Origin: Octopus bimaculoides
Taxonomy: Eukaryota
DNA: 64,000 nt
Direction: 5' to 3'
Assembly (NCBI RefSeq): GCF_001194135.2
Contig: NC_068985.1
Coordinates: 6,782,542-6,846,541 of the forward strand
In this document: positions 53,697 through 64,000 of the stretch, piece after piece
How positions within the stretch are numbered: the stretch's first letter is position 1
Layout: each line of letters starts with the position of its first letter
Notes under the pieces: generated by a model
What the model was told of the DNA's origin: nothing
The model's database searches: none
Seen by the model: the letters and a program-made list of their open reading frames with translations, nothing else
Program-made: the position numbers and the translations under genes

Positions 53697-54228
53697 NNNN
53701 NNNNNNNNNNNNNNNNNNNNNNNNNNNNNNNNNNNNNNNNNNNNNNNNNNNNNNNNNNNNNNNNNNNNNNNNNNNNNNNNNNNNNNNNNNNNNNNNNNNN
53801 NNNNNNNNNNNNNNNNNNNNNNNNNNNNNNNNNNNNNNNNNNNNNNNNNNNNNNNNNNNNNNNNNNNNNNNNNNNNNNNNNNNNNNNNNNNNNNNNNNNN
53901 NNNNNNNNNNNNNNNNNNNNNNNNNNNNNNNNNNNNNNNNNNNNNNNNNNNNNNNNNNNNNNNNNNNNNNNNNNNNNNNNNNNNNNNNNNNNNNNNNNNN
54001 NNNNNNNNNNNNNNNNNNNNNNNNNNNNNNNNNNNNNNNNNNNNNNNNNNNNNNNNNNNNNNNNNNNNNNNNNNNNNNNNNNNNNNNNNNNNNNNNNNNN
54101 NNNNNNNNNNNNNNNNNNNNNNNNNNNNNNNNNNNNNNNNNNNNNNNNNNNNNNNNNNNNNNNNTATATATATATATATACATACACACATACATTCATA
54201 CATGTAGCTTTGTATGTCTGTCTGTATG

Positions 54229-54259
<31 letters not shown>

Positions 54260-54806
54260 TTATGCATGTATGCATGTATGTATGTATGTATATGTAAAAA
54301 TGACATCTAATACTTATCACTGTTTCATATGCGGAGAATGATAAATTTCAGGTATGCAATATATAGTTATTTCGTAGACTTAAAACAACTTATAATTGCT
54401 TCGAAAATTCTATATAATCCAAACTTTAAATTTTTCCTCAATTATCTCTATAGAATGCCTTGAAGCTTATAATAATGTTTCGCCTTATTGATTTACTACT
54501 GAACTTCTAAACAATTTAGAATTTTGCGGAAGTCTCATGTCTATTTTTCGTTGGCTTTTTTTTACATCTCACAAATCTACACTCGCTTTTAAGTGTGATC
54601 ATGTGTGCATTTTATCCTTATGCTATTTTCATTTGCTTCATTGAACTATGGTCATATTTGTGCACTGCTTTTTAGTCTTTAGTCCATCCTATGAACCCAT
54701 TCCCTTGTGACTATTTCACTCTAAATATTTTATTGATGTACGTGTATATTTCTCCCTCTAACTTGCTTTCTCTCTCTGTCTCTCTGTCTCTCTGTCTCTC
54801 TCTGTC

Positions 54807-54867
<61 letters not shown>

Positions 54868-54912
54868 CTATATATATAAAGTTATATCTGTGTGTATATG
54901 TATATATATATA

Positions 54913-55100
54913 ACCATGGACTCATAGGACTCAGCGCATGTCCCCGACCTTGTAGGCCTATTCCTTCCCTCCCAAATTAAGCAAAATTTCCCCAGCCTAT
55001 TCGGTGGACTATACAGGGATGACGCACTCCTTTCAGCAACTGAATTATTTTGACCATCAGTGGAACACACTAAGAAAGCCCTACACAAATTCGTTTCGTG
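54913..55100 (+). mobile_element. Penelope-like RT fragment (YRDD)
   Basis: TMDS*DSAHVPDLVGLFL...FGGLYRDDALL (YRDD 55012-55023) matches PLE MGSFDGAE.C.LVGL.LL...GLYRDDGL; two stops. Confidence 0.75.
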
Positions 55101-58100
55101 TGTCATATTTCACAATGACAAGAACTGCTAAAATAAATAAATGAAATGATTGTGAGTGAATGTGTCAATAGCATAATTTGCCTAAATTTTTCGTGTTCAT
55201 TATTCAGTTAGTGATTATTGAAGACAGACATTCACAATCGCATCAGTGGACACATCTGGCCAGAAAAACAACCAGTTACAATTACCTTTTGATCCTGCTT
55301 ATTTTCCAGATTCCTTGTGCAATTATTTCACGCCCAACACTGCTGCAATGAAATAGCAGCCGTCACTGACTCCAGAGTAACAAATTAGTAGCAAATTAAG
55401 AAATAAAGACCATAACTCATTATATTCCACTTTAGCAAGTGAGGCAATAATGTAACAGATGGGCAAACGAACTGCAATTTCTCTTGCACAAATATTTGCG
55501 GTGCACCTGAATACTCCTACCATGACAACAAGATTATTTGACATTTAATTAGGGTTTTCATTGTGATCCAGGTGGTAATCTTACTCGCTAGGTCGAGATG
55601 CCCGAGTAGCGCAAGTTATTTTTAAATGAGTATTGACTGAAGCATCATAATAGATATTTTATCTTTCTCCCAGAATATGTCTATTGGCAAGATATAGTTG
55701 AATAGAACAATTTCGTACGGTAATGAAAGAGATTGCTAAAGGGAGCGCCACTCGTTGCAATATCTCTTGTAGTGTGTCTGTGTGCAAGCAATAAACATGA
55801 TATTACATATATTCACGTCATCCTAGATTACAGCATCGAAGGACAGCAGGTTGCCACCTGCACCATATGTTACCATTGGCATGCCGCCAAAATTGATTTA
55901 TTTCATTTGTATCAAACGACATCGTATAGCTCTACATTGATACACGCATCTAATGCGTGTACGTGCATACTAAGTCTGCTTTTTGTGAGGTCTTGTGCTT
56001 CATTCTAACACACAATGAGCTCAAAATACATATCGGTCTTCTGAATAATGAACGTTTACAATATATCACCGTCGTGGTGCTACGGATCATTTAGAAATCA
56101 CAAGAAAATCCTGGTCAAGCAAACTTCTTAACTATATAGCCATGAATGTGTCTATGTAAAAACACATACACAAATACACACAGACACACAAACACAGACA
56201 CACACACACAAATACACACGCGTGTGCATGCACACACACATACACAAGCTTAGATACACATGCATATTTATATATATATATGTATTTTTGTTCTTATATA
56301 TATGTAGGTATCTTTATAGATAATCACATACATGCAAATATTTATTCATATATACATGTAAATATTTATATATTTATCGAAGTAGCTAGCTACATCTATA
56401 TTTATCTATCTATATCTATCGATCTATCTATCTCTCCCTCTTTCTCTTTCTCTCTCTCTCTATCTTTATCTAGCTAGCTCTCTCTCTATCTTTCTCTCTC
56501 TGTGTCTATATATATATAGTTGAAATTTAAAGAAAAGCAAATCATATATATGTAGGTATGTATATAGATGTACATGAAGAGGGCATAAATATATATATAC
56601 ATATATGCATAAAATAAATATGGATCTTGTCTCAACATGAATATAACCAAATGGTTTGTAGCTGTTACATCGATTAATAAATTTCCTGGATAGTGTCGAC
56701 CTGCCAGCATTCGACATGAAATATTAGGTTCCCTGCAACAATTCAAATCTTTAGTGTATATTTACTAATGGAAATATCGGTGGGAAAAGACAGCGACATC
56801 AGCTACATTTGAAAATATTTCAAACTAACGGACATCTTTCACGTAAAATCTACATGAGCTGTCAGCTCTCTTGAAATGCAAATAATACGAGTTTCTCGTA
56901 AAATAACTGGTTTATCCAAGTAACTTTTGTTGAAACAACCTTTCAGGGATTTGTCTCGTGAGGACTTTCTGCTCTAACATTTCCCTGCAATTATGCTGAG
57001 CTTTCTATCTATTTGTGCAATACAACATATTCGTTATTGCTATTATTTGGAACTTCTTTCTAACCTGCCTGCAGAGTACAGTGTAGCGTAAACATTTGGA
57101 TATTTATTGCTAACGTAAACGCAGAATTTATACGAAAATTATATCAAAATTAACTTTGAGCGAATACGTTCTTCGGCATTCACTAAAAAAATCACAAGAT
57201 GTGTGTTTTTGTATTTTTATACACACACAATATATATGTGTGTGTGTATGTTTGCGTACGTACATTTCCACATGTATTTATACATTGTATATATACATAC
57301 GTATGTATGGGGTTGGCTAGATTGGAGCAATATGGAGGATGACCAGCCGAAATTGCAAGGATAATCTGGATCTGGACTGAGAAAGAAAACTCCGAATGAC
57401 CTGTCCACGTTTTCTTTGTATCCTCTATCTGGATGTTTTGCGTTCTTGTCCCATTCTGTATATANNNNNNNNNNNNNNNNNNNNNNNNNNNNNNNNNNNN
57501 NNNNNNNNNNNNNNNNNNNNNNNNNNNNNNNNNNNNNNNNNNNNNNNNNNNNNNNNNNNNNNNNNNNNNNNNNNNNNNNNNNNNNNNNNNNNNNNNNNNN
57601 NNNNNNNNNNNNNNNNNNNNNNNNNNNNNNNNNNNNNNNNNNNNNNNNNNNNNNNNNNNNNNNNNNNNNNNNNNNNNNNNNNNNNNNNNNNNNNNNNNNN
57701 NNNNNNNNNNNNNNNNNNNNNNNNNNNNNNNNNNNNNNNNNNNNNNNNNNNNNNNNNNNNNNNNNNNNNNNNNNNNNNNNNNNNNNNNNNNNNNNNNNNN
57801 NNNNNNNNNNNNNNNNNNNNNNNNNNNNNNNNNNNNNNNNNNNNNNNNNNNNNNNNNNNNNNNNNNNNNNNNNNNNNNNNNNNNNNNNNNNNNNNNNNNN
57901 NNNNNNNNNNNNNNNNNNNNNNNNNNNNNNNNNNNNNNNNNNNNNNNNNNNNNNNNNNNNNNNNNNNNNNNNNNNNNNNNNNNNNNNNNNNNNNNNNNNN
58001 NNNNNNNNNNNNNNNNNNNNNNNNNNNNNNNNNNNNNNNNNNNNNNNNNNNNNNNNNNNNNNNNNNNNNNNNNNNNNNNNNNNNNNNNNNNNNNNNNNNN

Positions 58101-58149
58101 NNNNNNNNNNNNNNNNNNNNNNNNNNNNNNNNNNNNNNNNNNNNNNNNN

Positions 58150-58184
<35 letters not shown>

Positions 58185-58994
58185 CATTTAATTAAGCATC
58201 ATACTTTCTTAAATAGTTTCTCCGCATACAAATGTGGTGGCCAAGTTGCTGTTTTTTATCGTTATGAGGCTTTGCTGGCTGTTTTGCCGAATTCTCTTCG
58301 TTATGTGAATGGTCTCGTATTTGTTGTGTCTCCCACTTTGTCGCTAGCAACATATACTTTTCTGTATGAGAACAGTGAAGGAGGAAGTCACATTCCCTCA
58401 TTTCTTTAACGTTTGTCGTCCCTCTTACTTGCTGACATACCGAAAGTAAACCTCGGAGAAAAATTTTGATTCGGTATCGGAGATTTAGACTCACATCCAG
58501 GGTAAAATTAGTACTCTTTCTACGCCAATACTTCTAAGTTTGCTGGCAATTATTAAAGTGTCAGTAGCGAGGAAAAACGTGTATTAAGTACTGCTGCATA
58601 GGCCAATCTTGTTGCCACAATTTCACAGAAGGGACCACTTTTGTTGTCTTCATTTCACAGAAGAATTACTGTAGCTTCTATCTTGATTTGGTTAGCGTAG
58701 GCATATCTTATAAATCAAAAAAATCTGTTGGATGAACAATACTTGTTTTAATATTTCTCAGTATATTTATATTTCCAGGAAGCCTATTCAGCAATTCATT
58801 ATATATTTGATCACGCTCCAGGAGTAAAAGATATGTTTTATCAGAATAGCTCTCGAAGACAGTAATCCTTCATTTTCGTAGGGTGAAATTCATTGACATA
58901 GACAAAATGAAGCAGATCTTTCTCAGAATTTAGTGTCAGGAAGGGCGGATTCACATTGGTGTCTGAAAAAATGTATCACTATTATATTACTTGG

Positions 58995-59190
58995 GAAGAC
59001 GGCGCGCTGGCAGGATGGTTGCACACCACGTGAAATACTTAGCGGCATTTCGTCCGTCAACAAGTTCAACTTCACCGAGATCGATATTGCCTTTCATCCT
59101 TTCGGAGTTGAAAAACTAAATACCAGTTGAAAACTGAGGTCGATTTAATCGATTTACCTCCTCACCCGAAACTGCTGGCCTTGTGCAAAA
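58995..59190 (+). mobile_element. Family-C SINE
   Basis: ggcgcgctggcagga...gaaatacttagcggcatttcgtccgtc...gcctttcatcctttcggag...gaggtcgatttaatcgat. Confidence 0.8.
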
Positions 59191-60181
59191 CGCTTGATTC
59201 TTGTATTAAATTATGTGGCATCATTCTTTCCCTTTAATCCAGCGACCATTTTGGAGTGAGTTAAGCTTTTTAAATGAAGCAACGTTATTACTGTGCAAAA
59301 ATGTGCCTGGATATGTGAAACTTCACAACGATGCTAATTTGAAGAACTTCTCGTGTATGCGTCAAATACTGAAAACGTTGTTCTCAACAGCATATTGAGG
59401 GAATTTTTGAAAATTTCCATTTAGAGCCCATCATTTATCTGGAATTACATCATGTAGAATGTGATCGACTGTTTGGAAAGAAATAGGTCGGAACATTGGA
59501 CATTTGTTCGCCCATATCTGGGCATCTTACTGAAACGAATTGATGCAAATTGAAATGTATATCGCGGAGGATTTTACTAAAAGGGGGAGTTGGAATTAAA
59601 AATTGGTGAAACATTACTTCATTCTGTGGCGTAGATCTGGTATTTGATGCAATTTCAGGAATCTTGCAAACTTCTCGCGCAGGTAAATATACCTTCTCCA
59701 ATCTCGAACATCAATAAATACGAAGCCACTGTCAATATTGTGTTTTCTTAGGATTGAATAATTGTCTCAGAACTGTGAATATTTATGAGATCCTTGCAAT
59801 AGACATTGCCTGACGAGCGTGTCCATCTGGATTAGCAAGCAATTCTTTTAATGGTGCCCTGCAGCTGCCACATCACAATAAACTGTTGAATGTTCGTATC
59901 TGTTCAGTTTGTTATTTCGTGCACACAGCATATCATTAATGGCATTTCTTACATTTTTAATTGTCAATGTTTTTCTTGCGTGATGTAGAATATATCCAAT
60001 GTAATTTACACACAACATGTATCAATTTAGGTGATCGGACGAAGTGCAGAAGAGAAGAATAATAACGAATACATTTCTCACTATGAAGGCTAACTCAGCT
60101 GAAGCAGTTTCATTCTTCTACATTTTCAAAGAAAGAAAAAGAGAGTCACTGAGAGAGAGGGAGAGAGAAAGAAAGGGAGAG

Positions 60182-60228
<47 letters not shown>

Positions 60229-61194
60229 TATTCATTTTAATTGATATCTAATTTCTAATACTCTATTGATATACTGAGCATTATCAGATATTGCCAAGTT
60301 ATGAAACCTGCTCCCAATATACACATATATTATGATGAATACCAAAACTTGTTATTTATTATTTAATGAACAATTTCAAGACTGCATAGAAGCGATCAGT
60401 GTGTAAATCTAGTAGAAGTGTCTGATATAGCTTTCAAAGGATGGCGTCTATTTTATATGAAAATCGTTTGCCCTGATTAAATGCTATAATAGACGCATTA
60501 GCCAGATTTTCAATGAAAGTTGCTTACTCATTAGTGATAATGGAACAAAAGCTAAATAGAAAGTTAATTTTGTGCTCTGCATTTATCTGCAATATTGATC
60601 AGAAAGAAAAACAAATATAAAATTATAATTACACAAATACAATAGATATTTTTGTGTTATAATTATTTATCTTCAGGAATTTGTGGAACTTTTAGTGTAG
60701 AGAAGTAATTTATGTTATATTGTTTTTTTTTAATGTCAAATCATTGCAGTTTTTCATTGAATATAATGCTTGATTAACGAGCGCAGTGTTTTATGTCTGT
60801 AACCTCCTGTTGGTGTTCTGCTGTATTTCAAGGTGGGCAAAGAATTTTCATCTATATCATCATAGAGGTAAGAAAATCTTCAGAGAGACCTGAACAGCAG
60901 AAGGTTTTTAGAGAAAAAGGAACCCCTCCCTCTCAGGCATGAGTTTTAGCCCTTTTTACACTCTAATGGGTCCACACCGAATTCAGGTCATGATTCCAGT
61001 GTGCCTTTCTGTTGACGCATTTTAACCACTTGGATATTGAAGACTTGTGCATTTAAACTGCTTGGAGATTTCACGTAGTGTCAAATTCTCCACCTTTTAT
61101 TCAGCTTTCAAACTAATAATTAATACTGAATTCAAATTTTGGCACAAAGCCAGTAATTTCGAGGTAATGAGTAAGTCAATTATATTCACTTTAA

Positions 61195-61450
61195 GGTTAA
61201 TGATGCGATACTGGAAGAATTGAAATAAAGAGTAGTAGCAATCAAAGCAAATTTGGAGAGATATGACAATAGAAAAAGACAGTTCAGGCAAAACAGATTG
61301 TTTGAAGCAAACCAGAAGAAACTGTTTCGGGAACTAGATGGGGAAATACACGGAAAAATGATACCAAACGCAGAGGAAAGCTGAGCATTCAGGAGAGACA
61401 TCTGGGATCAGCCTATAGAACATAATGATGAAACAGAGTGGCTTCAAAAT
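61195..61450 (+). mobile_element. R4/Dong-clade LINE fragment (pre-RT region)
   Basis: ILEELK*RVVAIKANLERYDNRKRQFRQNRLFEANQKKLFREL...PNAEES*AFRRDIWDQPIEHNDETEW. Confidence 0.75.
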
Positions 61451-62106
61451 ATTTTCAAAATATGCCAAAATTTTTTTGTAATGGTATTGACTGGAAAATA
61501 ATTTTTCAAAAGATCAAAATATTGTCTGTTTAAAGGATGCTAAAATATAAGTAGTTACTGTACAAACAACTTACATTTTTGAAATCGCATTCACTAAAAA
61601 ATATTTCTAAACAATTAAAATATTGTGTTTAATAAAAGCGAAAATAAAAACACTTACAGTAAAAACATATCTAATCGACAGTTTAGAGTTTTTTCCCTTT
61701 CAGGGTTAAATTATTTTTCCATTATGCATCGTTTTGGGTATTTATAGCACAAAAACACCCAATATCTCAAGAACCACTGGTCCGATTTACGCGAAACTTG
61801 TTTTAATCCGTCTGTATTCACATTTCAGGGACAATTGAATTTCAAAGTATTTCCCTATTATGCGCCGGTTTGGCTGCGTAACATGGCAAGCAAGATTGAA
61901 GTTCATTNNNNNNNNNNNNNNNNNNNNNNNNNNNNNNNNNNNNNNNNNNNNNNNNNNNNNNNNNNNNNNNNNNNNNNNNNNNNNNNNNNNNNNNNNNNNN
62001 NNNNNNNNNNNNNNNNNNNNNNNNNNNNNNNNNNNNNNNNNNNNNNNNNNNNNNNNNNNNNNNNNNNNNNNNNNNNNNNNNNATATATATATATATATAT
62101 ATACAC

Positions 62107-62590
62107 ATTGTCCTGGGTAAGACATAAAAGGGCAATCGGTGGTGAGGCTCCAGTTCGGGAGAACAGGAGTTATGGGGAGCGTGGAGACAACCCTTAGTTG
62201 CCATTTCTCCCAGTTCTGCTCTAGTCCGGAGTGGTAGCACCTATTAGGGCCCTATCAATAGGTAAAAATTGGATCCGCCTCTGCTGCCTTGCAGGATGCC
62301 TCTTTAAGTTAGGCTACAAGAAGGAATCTCCATGTCCTCAACGGTTGGTCAGGCAGAAGAAGTGACATCTATGACTCTCAATGTCTGTGGCAGCAGAAGG
62401 AGTCTATGCAAAGTGGGCTGACTAAAACAAGGCGTGGCCTATAGGAACTGATCCACGGCAGCTCGCTGCATCTCTCAGGTCAAAGTCGGTACGTCTTCTT
62501 CATGGTGCTACTGATGACGTCCTCTGAGCCAAGTGAGTGGGCTTCTGCCTGGCAAGTGGCGGTCCACCTTAAACAAAATCACGCCATGGC
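62107..62590. repeat. Unclassified GC-richer block, probably an interspersed repeat or LINE 5' region
   Basis: Sharp compositional shift to roughly half GC, bounded by TA/CA microsatellites. No recognisable ORF. Confidence 0.3.
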
Positions 62591-63969
62591 ATCCATCCAT
62601 ATATACACGCACACAAATATATAGATGCATTCATACACATATGTACGTATTCATGTATTGTGGGTTGCGTGAGGGTTGTACACAAGGTGTCGTTGGCCTT
62701 AAAACGGGCTCAGTGAGTAAGAATGCTAGCTTTGAGGAAAATAGCTAACTTCGCTAGGAGAAAAAAAGCGAGACAGTTGTGGTTGTGGCGGTGGTGTTAT
62801 CTGCACAAATTTAGCAGGGTAAACGATAACCTTCAAATGCCCAGAGAAATAATGAAACACATGAGAACGAGAAAGTGTGTGAGTGTGAGAGAGGCAGTCA
62901 GAGAAAGAGAGACGGTAAACAATCAGACAGAGACTGAGAAAGACAGACAGAGAGAAACAGACAAAGAGATGGAGAACGAGGAAAAGAGAGGGAGAACGAG
63001 GACAAAGGACGAAAATCATTCTTAGTCGCAGTAGGTGAGACCGGAACATGAAAATTTAAAAATTGCTAGTTATACAAATGAAGATAATAGTGAAATGAAA
63101 TTCATAGCAATTAACAAAAGTAAAATGCAGAAGTGTGTAAACATTTGCTTTCCCCATGTTCTAATTTAGACTCATAGATTTTCAGACCTGACATTTTCTT
63201 TGTTTCTAAACTAGGAGCAATATTTTTCATCAATATATATATTTCAATCACGGCTACGAATCGTAAAATTCTTGTTTGTTATTCTCAATAGATTAATTGT
63301 GTCTGGTTTGTATGGCAATATATATTTGAGGGTGAAATTACTTGATGTTAAAGCGAATAGCTACGAGAAAGATATAACAATGCGTCTTTCGTACTACATA
63401 AATATACTGACATATAGATATTTCACATTAACGTAAGAAGTAAGAAAATATAAACATTTATAAATATGTAATATAGTCATCTATTTCCACCTGTTATTCA
63501 ACCTGTTTTTTCTAGCATACATACGCAAAATATTCTATGTATAAGAAGGGTAAATTTCTGAAAATTAGTGAATTATTCTTGGATAGTCGAAGATTTTCGT
63601 TTACATGGTTGTTATCCTAAAATTCTAATTTTAGCAATTCAGCATTTCCAGGTTCAGTTTTGTTTTCGAAGTAGATATCTCAGAAATGGTGCAGTTTGCG
63701 AGACACCTGCATTTACATAAATCGTTCACTTTATAAAATCATGCAAATGCGAAACCGGTTAAATGACTTGACATTAATATAGATATATTTTCTTATACAT
63801 TCTCAGTTCGTTTTTCCTTTCTTTATTTACTATATTTTTATGTCTGTATGAGTGACTATCTATGTGTGCGTTCACAAATATCTATTCCAGACGAATAAAC
63901 CATAGAAACAATGAAGTCAGTAACAACTTAAGAGCTTAAGCTGCAGAAAGTAATAGCTTCATGTAATCT

Positions 63970-64000
<31 letters not shown>

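Noticed and set aside
55240-56030. Enhancer-like non-repetitive stretch with TAATTA/TGATTTAT motifs
   Set aside because: Such motifs are frequent by chance in AT-rich DNA and cannot be supported without conservation or chromatin data.
57300-57462. Hammerhead-like ctgagaaagaaaactccgaa in a probable repeat
   Set aside because: The core lacks CUGANGA and GAAA, and stem I does not pair.
59400-59900. Possible decayed transposase or Helitron coding relic
   Set aside because: Only short ambiguous similarities (FSKILRDIHFN, PLKELL) with multiple stops. No family could be supported.

Overview
AT-rich, gap-containing (many N runs), microsatellite-dense eukaryotic genomic DNA. The repeat families resemble those of a coleoid cephalopod, probably Octopus; this is inferred from recalled repeat sequences, not from a search. 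I recognise no intact host protein-coding gene, and almost every ORF in the supplied track is a microsatellite, N-gap or antisense artefact. The window is dominated by tRNA-derived SINEs of at least three families and by decayed retroelements: Penelope-like fragments of at least two types, R4/Dong-like RLE LINE fragments, a Tc1/mariner transposase C-terminus and two small MITEs. The features worth follow-up are: (1) a cryptic, highly diverged tandem array of ~300-330-bp units across ~16.1-21.8 kb, with ordered conserved blocks, a splice-acceptor-like motif and protein-like residues on the minus strand; (2) two Penelope-type minimal hammerhead ribozyme motifs (~25.8 and ~39.8 kb) plus a decayed third; (3) a compact CCAAT/E-box/TATA...AATAAA Pol II-like unit at 2.26-3.04 kb with overlapping small ORFs (a small gene/lncRNA or a solo LTR); (4) a Naiad-like Penelope RT; (5) SINE-derived inverted repeats that could form dsRNA. 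All alignments were done by eye and element boundaries are approximate.
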